A stretch of 64,000 bases of DNA from Octopus vulgaris (GCA_951406725.2 OX597821.1:66464001-66528000), one strand, 5' to 3'. Counted from the stretch's first letter, positions 13,600-27,683 are shown. Translations and numbers: made by a program. The notes: generated by a model not told the origin, from the letters alone.

Positions 13600-15383
13600 T
13601 TCGGAATTACTAGGAATTGTGGAGCAGCAGACTCAATGCCTGGGTGTATTTTATTTCAGCTTTTTATGTCCTGAGCTGAAATCTCTGCGATTTTAACTTT
13701 AACTTTCACCATTTCAGGTGTTCATAAAATAAACTACAATTAACCACTCAAATTGATTTAATGAACAAACTCCAGTCTATGAAAATTCCAGGCCTTGTAC
13801 CCATGCTAGAAACGGTCCCTTTTATTATCATTAGCAAGAGTATTACATAACCGAATCGAAAATACAGTCTCTGTCAAAACAACATTGCTAGATGTTAAAA
13901 CAATATTTTATTGGAAAGTTAGGTGAAATGAAAGAGAGAGAGAGAGAGAGAGACAGAAGGAGAGAGAGGGAGAGAGGGGGAGTAATAAGGATGCAAGATA
14001 AAAAAATTCTACTCGCCACAGACTAAAAGATTTTCCTTCTGTTTTTATGTTTAATAATCTTTCTAATTTCCTGCCATTGTGATTTCATATTTGTATCGGA
14101 TAGAGTCGGAATTGTTTTTACTGCCGGAGACATCCACTAAAGAAAACACACACACACACATACACACACACGCACACATACACACACACACACACACACA
14201 CGCACATACACACACACACATACGCAGGCGCGCGCGCATGCACTCGTGCTCTCCAACACAAATTCAATTCAAATAACACACAAAACACACAATTACGCAG
14301 ACACACAAAAATATAAGGAGTCAAAGAAGAAAAAATAGAGGAAAAGTATCCCCCTCCACCTCCTCCTCCTTCTTCTCCTCCTCCTCCTCCTCATCATCAT
14401 CAAAAACTTAATCATCATTATCACCACCTCCACCACTACCCCTACCATTGTCCTCATCGCCATCATCATCCTTGTCGCAACCCCCACCGTCGTTGTTACC
14501 ATCATCGTCATCGTTTACATCGTTGTCATCATCACCATCATCTCCAAGATAAAAAAAAAGAACATTACAAAGAGCAATGTTCAACTATAATTATGCACTT
14601 AAATCCAAGACGAGTAACGGTGTTTGAAATATAATCACATCTTTTAACAAAGCTAGTTATTATTGCTTTTTAACCCAAGGTCAGACTTGATGGATGGTCA
14701 TAGCCATGAATTTCTGATCAAGGCCTATACTCGAAATCATAAGCAACCATTCTTTTATCTATGTTCAGGAAAGTTAGGAACGCATTATCTAACAAGTCCT
14801 TTTCTATGCAAAAAAATATAGGTTGGTCATATTTTGTGAGCGATTTACAGGATATTTCTACGAAACTAACCAACTACATGTAGGCCTTCACGTTAGTTGC
14901 ACCTGTCTTTGTAAGAGTAGAAGGCTGTCATCGATTTTATCTGCTTCAATATGACGGTGGTAGATTTTTTATGGAGCTACTGCGAATAAAACTCATAACA
15001 CGGTCCGACGTGGAATTTGAAACCCGGTCGTAATATTTATGATTTGATACTAAAATCTCGTTTAGATTTCTGTCACAAAACTGCTTGCTAAGCCCCCAAT
15101 CAAAAATTAAGCCGCTACACCAGTAATCGCTATTTTTTCTACAATCATGGCGTTCGTGAATGAGATGTTGAGATGGATGGGAAGTAGTGACGTATTTATT
15201 TCCGAAGCTAAATAACCGTATATTTTCTCTCAACGTTGTAATTTTTACCATGTATTTTGTATATGCTTTCTTTTACTATGTATTTATGTTACTGGATCGG
15301 TTAAATAGGAACTTAGTTACTTCTATGCAAGCTGCAATGAAGACGCAAAACATCCAATGTTTTTTCTGCCTTAAAACCACTAG

Positions 15384-15384
<1 letters not shown>

Positions 15385-15419
<35 letters not shown>

Positions 15420-15523
15420 TATATATACATATATATATATACTTATACATATATATATGAATATGATAAATAATATATAATACATATGGGTACAGATACA
15501 TATATATAAATATATATATACAC

Positions 15524-15560
<37 letters not shown>

Positions 15561-15690
15561 TACATGTGTGTACATACATATATGCATATATTTGTAAATA
15601 TATATAATATATATAAATAAGTATATATATACGCATATATGTATGCACACATACATATGTATATATACACGTGTATGTGTGATATATATA

Positions 15691-15728
<38 letters not shown>

Positions 15729-15760
15729 GTGCATAAGTGCATATATATATATATATATGT
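15385..15760. repeat. Degenerate (TA)n/(TATG)n field
   Basis: Direct observation. Confidence 0.9.
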
Positions 15761-16019
15761 AATATTTTTCGGTATTGCATAGTCTATCGCCTCAGCCCTA
15801 GTTTCTTTACACTTGAGTAACTGTTTCTGATTAAAATCCTGATAAGAAGGCCCATATCATCATCGAAATTAATACAGCGAGAAAGTAAAAAAAAATAAAA
15901 GGATTATGGCTGCATTCTGCTCAAATGACTATTGCTAAGCTTTTATACTTTATATATAGTCGTTTATATTTAAAGCATATCAACACCCTGTAGTTAACCT
16001 GATAACAGAGAGATAATCA

Positions 16020-16180
16020 AAATTGAAGCCCTGCAGAGATCGGCCACTCCAGATCTGAATATTTTAAGCAGTCTTGACTATTGGGATCGTTTGAAACAAT
16101 TCAGAATTGATTCTTCGCAACGGATGTGTAGATGATTTATAGCATTCACAATATGAAAGTGACTCAGGCAATTGCAGTCG
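16020..16180 (+). mobile_element. Old CR1-type LINE fragment (post-RT region)
   Basis: Translates IEALQRSAT...SLDYWDRLKQFRIDSSQR, matching IESSQRALT.LDYWDRLKVLKLYSLQR at ~18370-18450. Confidence 0.6.
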
Positions 16181-16216
16181 CACTGGTATTTACTTAAATT
16201 TCAGAGCGTCTCACCG

Positions 16217-16632
16217 TATGCATGTATGTATGTATGCATGCATGCATGCATGTATGTATGTATGTATGTATGTATGTATGTATGTATGTATGTATGTATG
16301 TATGTATGTATGCATGCATGTACGTATGTCTGCATGTATGTATGTATGTATGTGTGTATGTATGTATGTATGTATGTATGTATGTGTGTGTGTGTATGTA
16401 TGAATGTATGTATGTATGTATGTATGTATGTATGTATGTATGTATGTATGTATGTATGTATGTATATATATGCATGTTTATGTATGTATGTATGTATATA
16501 TATATGTATGAATGTATGTATGTATGTATGTATGTATGTATATATTTATATATATATATATGCACACACATACATACATACACATACATATATATAGAAA
16601 CGCCTATAAAGACATACATAAATATATACATC

Positions 16633-16699
<67 letters not shown>

Positions 16700-17040
16700 G
16701 TGGGCATATACACATATACACACATATAATAGTATATGTAAACAGAATAAATTGATGCAACGGTAGATCACATATATACACTTATATATATATAAATACA
16801 TATATATGCACAGTGATAGATAGAAGGGGAGAGAAAGAGAGAGAGACGCGTGCGAGGTATGTGTATGTGATAAATGCATTGATACGATATATTGTAGGCC
16901 TTTTATTTTCTGTGAATTCTCAAATAATGAAAATATAAATAATCTACTTAATGCACTGGATTCCATTTGTCCCGCTCGACAAAAACAATACTTACGCTCC
17001 CATGCATACATATACATACATACATACATACATACATACA

Positions 17041-17076
<36 letters not shown>

Positions 17077-17270
17077 TATATTAATATATATTTATTTATA
17101 TTTATATATATGTATATATATATAGCAATAAATATCAATATATATATGTGTTTGTATATATATCTATATCTATATATATATATATGTCAATATATATATA
17201 TATATATATATGTCAATATATATATATATATATACATATGTCAATATATATATATATATATATATATATA
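16217..17270. repeat. (TATG)n, (TA)n and (CATA)n microsatellites
   Basis: Direct observation. Confidence 0.9.
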
Positions 17271-18885
17271 TGACATCATAGCAGCAATAAATGAAGTCAA
17301 ATGCTACTCTGCAGTAGGCCCTGATAGATTCCCCGCTAGTCTCCTGAAGGAATGTAGACACCAACTTGCAGTCCCTCTGACCAACCTCTGGAGAAATTCG
17401 TTAGACGTAGGTTATATACCGAAACAGTTTTTATCCCAGTCAGTCATCCCGGTTTCAAACAGGGAAACAGATCCCTCGCACTCAACTATCGCCCAATCTC
17501 ACTCACCTCCCACATCATTAAAGTGTTTGAAAGTGTGTTAAGATCAAGGATAGATGACTTCCTGGAGACCCACAAACTCCTAAATGCAAATCAGCATGGC
17601 TTTCGCTGTGGCAGGGACTGTCTAACACAGCTCTTACACCACATTGAAGATGTACTCAAAGCCTTGGGAACAGGTTCGAACTCTGATGTCATATATCTTG
17701 ACTTCAGTAAAGCGTTCGACAGGGTAGACCACAATATCCTACTCTCAAAATTGGCAAATGTTGGAATCCGTGGAAAAGTTCTACACTGGATTAAGTATTT
17801 CCTGACGAATAGAACACAACATGTTGTAGTTGATGGAGTCCACTCAAGTCCAGCAAAAGTCACTGTCTTGGGTCCGCTATTCTTCATAATTTACATAAAC
17901 GACCTTTCCAGTGTCGTACATTACTGCAAAGTGAAAATATTTGCTGATGACACTAAGCTCCAGCAAATCGTCAATGAAGAAGCAGACCGAACTCCAGTCT
18001 GATCTATATGCTGTGAGTCAATGGGCAGACAGAAACAAAATGCAACTGAACGAGGGAAAATTTGAGCTGATGCATTTTGGAAGAAATTCCTCACTAAAAC
18101 AACCATACTCTCTTCCTTCAGGGGAACCGCTCACAGCCTCTAACAATATCAGAGACCTGGGTGTAATTGTTGATGACGATCACAGTTGGAGTGCACACAT
18201 CAACAAGAAGGTCGATATAGCTCGTAGAATGAGTTCCTGGATCTTAAGAACTTTCCGGTCCAGAGAACAAGGTGTCATCATACCACTTTTCTCCTCCTTT
18301 GTACGGCCACACCTCGAATACTGCTGCCCACTGTGGTCTCTCCATACAAGACAAAACATCTCGAGGATTGAATCATCCCAGAGGGCACTCACTGCTCTCG
18401 ATTATTGGGATCGCCTTAAAGTCTTGAAACTTTACTCTCTCCAGCGTCGCCGTGAGCGGTACATCATTTGTACGATGTGGAGAATATACCGCCAACTTTG
18501 TCCAAACGACCTGAACATTAGCTTCAAGGTTCATTCAAGACTTGGACCACAGGCCATACGTCTCCTGCCCAATTCAAGATCACAGCATACATGTACACTG
18601 CAACATAATTTCTTTTCCTCAACAGGCCCTGCTCTATTTAACATTGTCCCGAAAGAGATCAAAGAGGAAAAGGATCCCATCAACTTTAAACGGAGTCTGG
18701 ATAGATTCCTTCAAGTAATACCAGATAAGCCACCCATAATCGGATACAACTCACCCAACAAAAACTCACTACTTGAATGGACCATAAACAAAACTTTACT
18801 TAAACAGGATTCAAATAATCCTATTAAGTTAGACATGGCCTGAACCAATCTTTGCTCGAAACATATCTAAGTTTATCTAAGTTTA

Positions 18886-18886
<1 letters not shown>
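17271..18886 (+). mobile_element. 5'-truncated CR1/L2-group LINE, reverse transcriptase pseudogene
   Basis: Frameshifted pieces give [72 protein letters not shown] and LYSLQRRRER. The GVPQG motif is deleted. The stop at 18843 is followed by a (TATCTAAGTT) tandem tail. Confidence 0.92.
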
Positions 18887-18923
<37 letters not shown>

Positions 18924-19029
18924 CATACATACATACATACATACATTGTGTCGTAATATCACTAAGGAACATACATTGCGTCGTAATATCACTAAGGAAC
19001 CACATTGGAAATGAGATAATGTATTTGTA

Positions 19030-19270
19030 GAGTACCGAAAGCAGAAATTGTGCTGGGTGTGGACATGTAGCTAAGATCACGGACAACAGGTGGACTCGTG
19101 CTGTTGCCGAATGGCAACGGCAAAGATCACTTGGGAGACGTTCACGATGATAGAAAGGCGATTTAGTCAAGCAAGTTTGGTCAAGATGGAAAAGAATGCC
19201 GCAATCAAGACAAAGTTCTAAGGGCATTGTGACTAGCGTATTGTGAGCATTTGATGGCCTGATTGATACT
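19030..19270 (+). mobile_element. RTE-clade LINE 3' fragment
   Basis: Translates KQKLCW/GHVAKITDNRWTRAVAEW..RSLGRRS, the typical RTE C-terminal W.GHV.R...W...R..GRP motif. Confidence 0.65.
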
Positions 19271-19320
19271 GTGATATACATACATACATACATACATACA
19301 TACATACATACATACATACA

Positions 19321-19353
<33 letters not shown>

Positions 19354-19694
19354 TTCTTTATCTGAGAATTAAATACATATATATATATATTTCTTTATTT
19401 GAGATTTAAAGCTACCATTGGTTTCAGGTTAAGAAAAGTAGGAAAATATCCTAGTGTCTTAATGATGTTTCAAGTCGATCACATGGAGAAAGATGTTCGC
19501 CTCCATTTTTGAAAAGGCAGCCTCGTGGTTGAAGGTCCGTTAGCAACGGACCTTCAGCCACAAAACATCTGTTGACACACTCAGCGGCTACTACTAACTC
19601 CATACCACGACAGACAGATAGGATACTCTTGAAGCCGAGAATTTGAATTTACGGAAACGCAAGGTTCAGATTTATAGGTGACACCGACAGGAAG

Positions 19695-19930
19695 AGTGGG
19701 TAATTTAGTCGTTACGGTTTTGGAATCATGATCCTAAGAGTGTGGTTTTGAATCCCGGACCGGGCAACGCGTTGTCTTCTTGAGTAAAACGTTTTATCTC
19801 AGGTTGTTCCAGTCTACTCAGCTGGTAAACGGGAGTAAATCTATGAAGGCCTGGCGTCCCATCCAGGCTGGAGTATATACGCCATGGAGACCGACAAACC
19901 GGCCTTGTGTCTGTATGGCTCGGGAAAGAT
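19695..19930 (+). mobile_element. Degenerate SINE (family C-like)
   Basis: GGTTTTGAATCCCGGACCGGGC B-box region and CTGGCGTCCCATCCAGG domain, as in the 10573 copy. Confidence 0.55.
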
Positions 19931-20030
19931 CTCTTATTCTCAACCACATATGAATGGATGAAATGGAATGCTATTAAAGAATCAGTTGTGAAAACCCCAA
20001 ATGATGTAGCATTATTAGGTCCTTTGATAG

Positions 20031-20210
20031 GGTGGCAAGCTGACAGAACCGTTAGCACCCAGGAATAGTGCTTAGCGGCATTTCGCCGGTTTTGATGTTT
20101 CATCCTTTCGGGCTCGGTAATTTAAGTACCAGCTGAGTACTGGGGTCGATGTAATCGACTATCCTCTCCCTCAAATTTCAGGCCTTGTGTCTATAATAGA
20201 AAGGATTATT
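20031..20210 (+). mobile_element. SINE family B copy (internally deleted)
   Basis: GGTGGCAAGCTGACAGAACCGTTAGCAC head, TTCATCCTTTCGGG and GGGGTCGATGTAATCGACT. Confidence 0.75.
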
Positions 20211-20840
20211 AGGTCCTTTGATGGCCCTGGGTTATAGCCCGAAGAAACATAAATAGCCCAGACTTTATTGTAGTGAATTTCAGTGATGGAGAGGGTAGTA
20301 TGACCCCTTAGCTGAAAACAAATTTCCATGCATTAAGGATACTTGTTTACCGTTTTCTGAAGGTAGATATTTACTAGATACTGAAGACGAGGACTAAACA
20401 AAGTCTCATGATATTTATTTTACATTGTATTTCACTTCTCTGCTTTCTATGCAGCTTATGGAATTCACTGAAGTACTAGTTTCTATTAGAATGTATACAG
20501 ATTTTGTTTTTCGTCTGTTGTTTTGCTACGTACTAATATTTATGAAATATTTACTAAGTCTGCATATACCAAATCTGTAGGAATTAATTCACATTTGTTG
20601 TACTTTGCTGCTTGTTTTGTATAACTTTTAATCGATATATTTGCTTTATCTGTGTGAACCAGAATTCAGAGATACGAATGCAGAGTATTTCTTTTCATCT
20701 ATAGTAAATATACGTTTCTTTCAAGGTCATCAAAAACTTTCTAAACATACATATCGCACTTGATTCTGCTATATGTTTTATTTACATACACAAAATATGC
20801 TTTCTATTTAAAGCTGCTATACAATCATGTTTATTCGCTC

Positions 20841-21053
20841 TACTCCTTTACTCTTTTACTTGTTTCAGTCATTTGACTGCGGCCATGCTGGATCACCGCC
20901 TTTAGTCAAGCAAATCGACCCCAGGACTTATTCTTTGTAAGCCTAGTACTTATTCTATCGTTCTCTTTTGCCGAATGCTAAGTTACGGGGACGTAAACAC
21001 ACCAGTATCGGTTGTCAAGCGATGTTGGAGGGTCAAACACAGACACACAAACC

Positions 21054-21109
<56 letters not shown>

Positions 21110-21283
21110 CGTATATTCGACGGGCTTCTTTCAGTTTCCGTCTACCAAATCCAGTCACAAGGCTTTGGTCGGCCCGAGGCTATAGTAGAAGACACTTCCC
21201 CAAGGTGCCACGCAGTGGGACTGAACCCGGAACAATTTGGTTGGTAAACAAGCTACTTACCACACATCCACTACTACTCCTAC
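20841..21283 (-). mobile_element. SINE family A, full length
   Basis: Near-identical to 7051-7444. Confidence 0.9.
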
Positions 21284-21849
21284 ATGTATGAGCAAACAGG
21301 ACAAGATAACTGTTTTTTTTTTACAAAATACCCTTGTTCTGGAGGTACGTCTAATTCAGAGGCGCGTCTTAACAGAAAATTCATTACACGACTTACAATA
21401 AAACGTAAATATGTTACATGTGTGTGTCATTGTATGTAAAGAAAAGCAATGGTAACTAAAACAAAAAAACAAGGGGAAATAAATTTATATCATATATGTA
21501 TGTGTGTATACATATGTATTATATGTATGTAAGTATGTATGTATGTATGTATGTATTTATGTATGTATGTATGTATGTATGTATGTATGTATGTATGTAT
21601 GTATGTATGTATGTATGTATGTATGTATGTATGTATTTATGTATGTAGATATATATATGTATTAACGTTCATATCTGTCTATCTGAAAGACAAAGCCGAA
21701 GCATTATAAATAAAACCAATGAATTGTAAATAAAACCAATGAACTAAACACAGTCGGAATCGAATTTATCGGCTTTTTACTGCTATAAAGCCTTATAGAA
21801 GGAATTTTAAAATTAACTAATAATAATGATGATGATGATAATAATAATA

Positions 21850-21898
<49 letters not shown>

Positions 21899-21900
21899 TA

Positions 21901-22523
21901 ATCCATTCTACTAAACGTACAAGGCCTGAAATTTTGGGGAAAGGTGCTAGTCGATTACATCGACCCAAGTGTTTTGCGGGTACTAAATTTATAGTGCGCG
22001 AAAGGATAAAAGGCGAAGTCGACCTCCGCTGAATTTGAACTCGGACCATAGTGGCAGACGAAACAAAATAAGTACATCACCCGGTGTGCTAACGATACCG
22101 CCAGATCGCCGCCTTGATAATAATAATGATTTCAAATTTTGCCACAAAGGTAGCCATCTTGAGGGAGTGGGCGAGGCGATTATATCGATCCCAGTTTTCA
22201 CCTGGTACTTATTTCATCGACCATAACAGGGTGAAAAATAAAGTCAACCTCAGCTGAATTTGAATTCAGAACATAGCGACGGGCGAAATACCTATTTCTT
22301 TACTACCCACAAGGAGCTAAACTCAGAGGGGACAAACAAGGACAGACATAGGTATTAAGTCGATTACATCGACCCCAGTGCGTAACTGGTACTTGATTTA
22401 TCAAACCCGAAAAGATGAAAGGCAAAGTCGACCTCGGCGGAATCTGAACTCACAACGTAACGGCAGACGAAATACCGCTAAGCATTTCGTCCGGACCACT
22501 AACGATTCTGCCAGCTAGCCGCC
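21901..22523 (-). mobile_element. Cluster of SINE family B copies (21901-22113 and a dimeric 22128-22523)
   Basis: Minus-strand heads GGCGGCGA(T/G)CTGGC.., GAGTTCAAATTC B box and GTCGACTTTGCCTTTCATCCTTTCGGG central domain (resembles the Deu/Nin SINE domain, from memory). Confidence 0.85.
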
Positions 22524-22544
22524 TTAATGATGATGATGTTGATG

Positions 22545-22646
<102 letters not shown>

Positions 22647-22702
22647 TTAATAATAATAATGATAATAATAATAATTATAATAATAAAAAAAATAATAACA
22701 AC

Positions 22703-22770
<68 letters not shown>

Positions 22771-22778
22771 TAATAATA

Positions 22779-24003
22779 AATTTAAGGTGGAGTACTTACG
22801 CAGACTGAGACTGATCCTTAAATCGAAATTAAACGGACGGAATTAGTTCGAAGCTATCAACACCTGGGCGGTTTCACTCATTAGATATGGGGCAGGGGTA
22901 ATCACATGGACAGTAGACGAACTAAACAGCTTAGACCGAAAGCATAGGAAGTTGCTAACTAGATATGGGTCACTCCACCCCAAAAGTGACACAGACAGAC
23001 TGTATGTATCAAGAAAATGGGGTGGAAGATGATTTATTGGATGCGAACACAGCATTAGAGCGGAAGAAAACAACGTAGCATGGTATGTAAAAATGCCACA
23101 GAACGGCTGTTACTAGAAGCACTATGCAAGAAATTGAAAACGAATGAAACTGAAAATAGGTGGGTAAACAAAAGAATGCATGGTCAATTTCATAGGGATG
23201 TTGAAGATAAGACAGACAGAGAAAAAAGATGGCTGTAGATGACTAAAAGTGATTTAAAACCAGAAACGGATGCTCTAATCTGTGCTGCCCAAGAGCAAGC
23301 ACTAAGAACAAATTAAATAAAATACAGAAAAGACAGCACGTCAGAAAGTGATAAGTGCAGAATCTGTGGCCAAAACAGTGAAACCGTGTGGCATATTACC
23401 AGCCAATGTACGCCACTAGCCCAGAAGGCATATAAGAGACGCCACGACAATATAGCCAGACTTGTCCATTGGAAACATTGCAACAAGTATGGACTTGACA
23501 GAGCAAAAAATTGGTACGACAAAAACTCTGAAGGCATTGTCGAAAATAGAAATGCAAAGATCCTATGGTATTTTATGATTCAGTGCGACCATGAGATTGA
23601 GAATATGAAGCCGGACATAGTCTTAACTGAGAAAGAAAAGACTATACTGGATCATGGACATAGTATGCCCAGCTGACAACAAGGTATGCGATAATGAAGA
23701 AACAAAAGCCGAGAGATATGACAGGTTAGCTTGAGAAGGTAAGCAGTCGTAGTCGATGAAGAAAGTAGCAATAGTACCATTATTGTCGGAGCTCTGGGAT
23801 AAGTGAGCGAAAATCTCGAGACGTACGTGGAACAAATAGGGGCTGCAACAAGAGTGGGGCACTTGCAGAAAACAGCACTGCTTGGAACCGCTCGAATACT
23901 CCGGAAGGTGCTCGAAAAATAAGAGGCGTTACCTTCGTTCACTGGTAGTGAACAGCTAACATTGTAGTACATCTCCTGCGTTAGAAGCTGTGCAAAGGCA
24001 ATA
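22779..24003 (+). mobile_element. R4/Dong-clade non-LTR retrotransposon, 3' fragment (RT thumb, zinc finger, restriction-like endonuclease), inserted in (AAT)n
   Basis: Translates EYLRRLRLILKSKLNG.N..EAINTWAV, LHPKSDTDRLYVSRK.GGR, LICAAQEQALRT, CRICGQNSETVWHITSQC, YKRRHDNIARLVHW, KPDIVL and VPIIVGALG-like, then LQKTALLGTARILRKVLE*. (AAT)n flanks both sides. Confidence 0.88.
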
Positions 24004-24037
24004 AATAATGATGATGATGATAATAATAATAATAATG

Positions 24038-24115
<78 letters not shown>

Positions 24116-24262
24116 GTAATAATAGTAATAATAATAATAATTAGCAGTGGCTGGAATATTACTATTTTGCAGGAAAAGGAGCAAATTAAGACTAAGAAAC
24201 ACCTAGAACTAGTTACAGAAAAATTAGCGTGTGTGTGTGTACATATATATATATACATACAT

Positions 24263-24321
<59 letters not shown>

Positions 24322-24965
24322 GTTAGTTAGAAAATAAGCAATAAGGATATGTGACAATACATGCAAGCATTGACTAAATTGCAAGATTTTGGAGTAGAAT
24401 TTCTAATTTACACAATTCCATTTTTGGGCGAGAATCCATCGAGAAAAGACTATCGTTTAGATATTAAAGTATTTAGTAAAAATTGAAGACAAATACATAT
24501 ATTGAAAAACACCCTCAAAAACAAGCAAAAATAAATAAGCAGTCAATTTGGTTACTATACAAGGAAATTGCTGGCCATTTCGTTGGTGAATAGGCACAAT
24601 TAACATTTCCAGGAAATATAACCTAGCTTAAATACCATAATTAACTTTCAGATACTGATGTTTAGTGCAAGAGTAAGGTAACATTGAAAGAGGCGGCAAG
24701 TGAATTGTGCGAGGAGATACTGGGAGGTGCGGATAAGCATTTTTATATATTTTAATAAGGTACATATATGTGTGTGTGTGTATGTGTGTGTGTGTGTGTT
24801 TGTGTGTATGTGTTTGTATATGTTTGTGTATGTGTGTGTATATGTATGTATATATATATATATAGATATATATATATATATACATAATATATATATATTC
24901 ATGTCTGTATATGTATATGTGTGCATAGATATATAGATATGAATACAGATAGATGTATACATATA

Positions 24966-25009
<44 letters not shown>

Positions 25010-25167
25010 TTATTATATAATATAGGTATATAGGTATACAGGTATAGGTTTTATATATAGGCATATAGGTATATGGGCATAAGTTATATATATGATTTAT
25101 ATATGTACACGTATATATATACATATGCATTTATATATGTATATATGTATATATATATATACATATG

Positions 25168-25199
<32 letters not shown>

Positions 25200-25294
25200 C
25201 GTATGTGTATATGCAACCACATATATAGATATACATAAATGTAAGTACGTATATATATTTATACATATAAACGCAGGCACACATACACACACGC

Positions 25295-25342
<48 letters not shown>

Positions 25343-25344
25343 CA

Positions 25345-25393
<49 letters not shown>

Positions 25394-25707
25394 CATACAT
25401 ATATATATTGCGAATTCATGTACACTAGCGTACAGTGAGAACGTTTGTGTAACCTTCTATGTGCGTACGAGCTAGTTAAACAATTTCTTCTAAGTTGCTT
25501 GAAGGTACATGTACATATATTTCGACACAATCGTACACTAACATATCCGCTAACTCATACATTTATGTACAGGAAACAATGTATTTAACTTGTTAATAAT
25601 ATTAACACATGCTCATTTATACACCTTAATGTGATTATTAAGATATTTATAGTGTTAATACAGACACACATACACACACATTTAATTGTATCATTATATA
25701 TATATAC

Positions 25708-25877
<170 letters not shown>

Positions 25878-25902
25878 AGAGCAACAAGGATATCCAGAGG
25901 TA

Positions 25903-25991
25903 ATGCAGTACAATCGTTTCATGCGACTCCATTTAATTGAACAATGCAAACATTACATCATTTTATAATGTAGAGCAATCTTCAGCTGCAT
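25903..25991 (-). ncRNA. Hammerhead ribozyme motif (left arm)
   Basis: Minus strand ATGCAG-CTGAAGA-(long stem II/loop)-GAAA-CGATTG-TA-CTGCAT: 6-bp stem I, near-palindromic helix III, GUA cleavage triplet. Confidence 0.7.
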
Positions 25992-26057
25992 AAAAATATA
26001 GAATTTAGTTAAATTCGAAGAACTCATTCGAATTTAACTAAATTTCTCTATATTTTT

Positions 26058-26146
26058 ATGCAGCTAAAGATCACTCTACTTTTTAAATTGATGTAATGTT
26101 TGCATTATTCAATGAAATAGAGTCGCATGAAACGATCATACTGCAT
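26058..26146 (+). ncRNA. Hammerhead ribozyme motif (right arm, core mutated)
   Basis: ATGCAG-CTAAAGA-...-GAAA-CGATCA-TA-CTGCAT. The core has changed from CUGAAGA to CUAAAGA. Confidence 0.55.
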
Positions 26147-26471
26147 TACCTCTGGATATCCTTGTTGCTTATTTTGATTATATATATATATATATATTAT
26201 AATATATATATAATTGTAAAAATTTGAGTACGTTTCGACATTTATTTTCAAACACTACAATTGCTTCTATGTAACGTAGTTTCCAGACGTGCAGGAAGTA
26301 CGTATAATATTACTACTGGTTAACATAGGTTGAAATCTGAAGGTAGACGAACTTTATACTGTACTCCACTACGTTTTTAACAGAAGATACCGTAATTACA
26401 CACACACACACACAGATATATATAAATATATATGTATATATATATGCATGTATGCGTACATGCAGATATAT

Positions 26472-26513
<42 letters not shown>

Positions 26514-26565
26514 GTAGCAATTATCTCTTAGTGGGTTGGATTAACAACCTCTAACTGTCTTGGAG

Positions 26566-26631
<66 letters not shown>

Positions 26632-26737
26632 TTAAAAATTGAGGGAGATAAATTAATATTAATTTTAATATCAATTTAAAACCAGTAGTCCAGCATTCAA
26701 AAAATCTGAGGAGTCAGAGAAAATTCAAATATATGTG

Positions 26738-27350
26738 TATATTGGCAGGGCTGGCCTGCTAGGTAGCCGGCCAGAATGCTAGAAGAAGATCATCAACGAT
26801 CAAACTACAAGGGAAATTCTGTAGAGGAAGAATTCAACGAACACCAGAACCAACTTTGGCGGGCAGGACATATGAAAAATTAAATAAATAACAGACTTAA
26901 ATGCATACCTCGGTTTCGGTCTTAACAAAATAATTACTTGCATAATTCAAGCGTCCGTGACTTCTTCAGTACATTCGGTCCTCGTGATGCAAACCGCAAG
27001 ACTAACCCCAGCTCACTGTGTCAAGACAGACACGTTCTTAGTCTTACTGATTACATCGGGAATAAAAGTTCAAATGTCTTGGTTCTGGCGCGCTGAGAGA
27101 CTCCTGAAGCGAAGGGCTGCAGTGAATAATTCACTGCGGATAGTGCTTACAACTAGGGAACGTATTTATTTAAATATTTAAACCGAGGTATGCATTTAAG
27201 TCTGTTATTTATTTAATTTTTCATATGTCCTGCCCGCCAAAGTTGGTTCTGGTGTTCGTTGAATTCTTCCTCTACAGAATTTCCCTTGTAGTTTGATCGT
27301 TGATGATCTTCTTCTAGCATTCTGGCCGGCTACCTAGCAGGCCAGCCCTG

Positions 27351-27358
<8 letters not shown>
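26738..27358 (-). mobile_element. Non-autonomous Penelope-like element with inverted pseudo-LTR tail (~175 bp apparently perfect inverted repeats)
   Basis: 26742-26916 is the reverse complement of 27180-27354, with no mismatch seen by eye. It contains a hammerhead and lies in a TA-rich tract. Confidence 0.75.
26900..26975 (-). ncRNA. Hammerhead ribozyme motif
   Basis: Minus strand AATGTA-CTGAAGA-A-GTC...GAC-C-GAAA-CC(GA)GG-TA-TGCATT: intact core, 6-bp stem I, helix III ACC/GGT and GUA triplet. Confidence 0.75.
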
Positions 27359-27410
<52 letters not shown>

Positions 27411-27413
<3 letters not shown>

Positions 27414-27622
27414 GTGACAGCGTGTGTACCGTTGGCGATTTTTTTCCTCCGTCTTCCCTTCTTTGGATCTTTCCTTTTCCTATGTTTCTGACGTAGAGCT
27501 CCGCTCGAAACGTTAAGCCCTCCTTCTTTCCTTCTTTCCAATAATACTATACTTGTTCCACGTCCTCGCGTTGTTGTGATTTCTCTTTGTGTTTTCATGT
27601 TTGGATTAACTTTATACATACA

Positions 27623-27627
<5 letters not shown>
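27411..27627 (+). mobile_element. ~215 bp hammerhead-bearing module between (TA)n tracts (Penelope pLTR/retrozyme-like)
   Basis: Unique sequence bounded by pure (TA)n on both sides. It contains GTTT-CTGACGT-A-GAGC(TCC)GCTC-GAAA-CG-TT-AAGC at 27484-27518, a hammerhead with an A->T change in the core. Confidence 0.65.

Positions 27628-27683
<56 letters not shown>

Larger units (their letters stand above)
25880..26169. mobile_element. Fold-back element: ~140 bp inverted arms with a 7-nt loop, each arm containing a hammerhead motif, between (TA)n tracts
   Basis: Arm 25880-26019 is the reverse complement of 26027-26169, with scattered mismatches. Confidence 0.85.
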
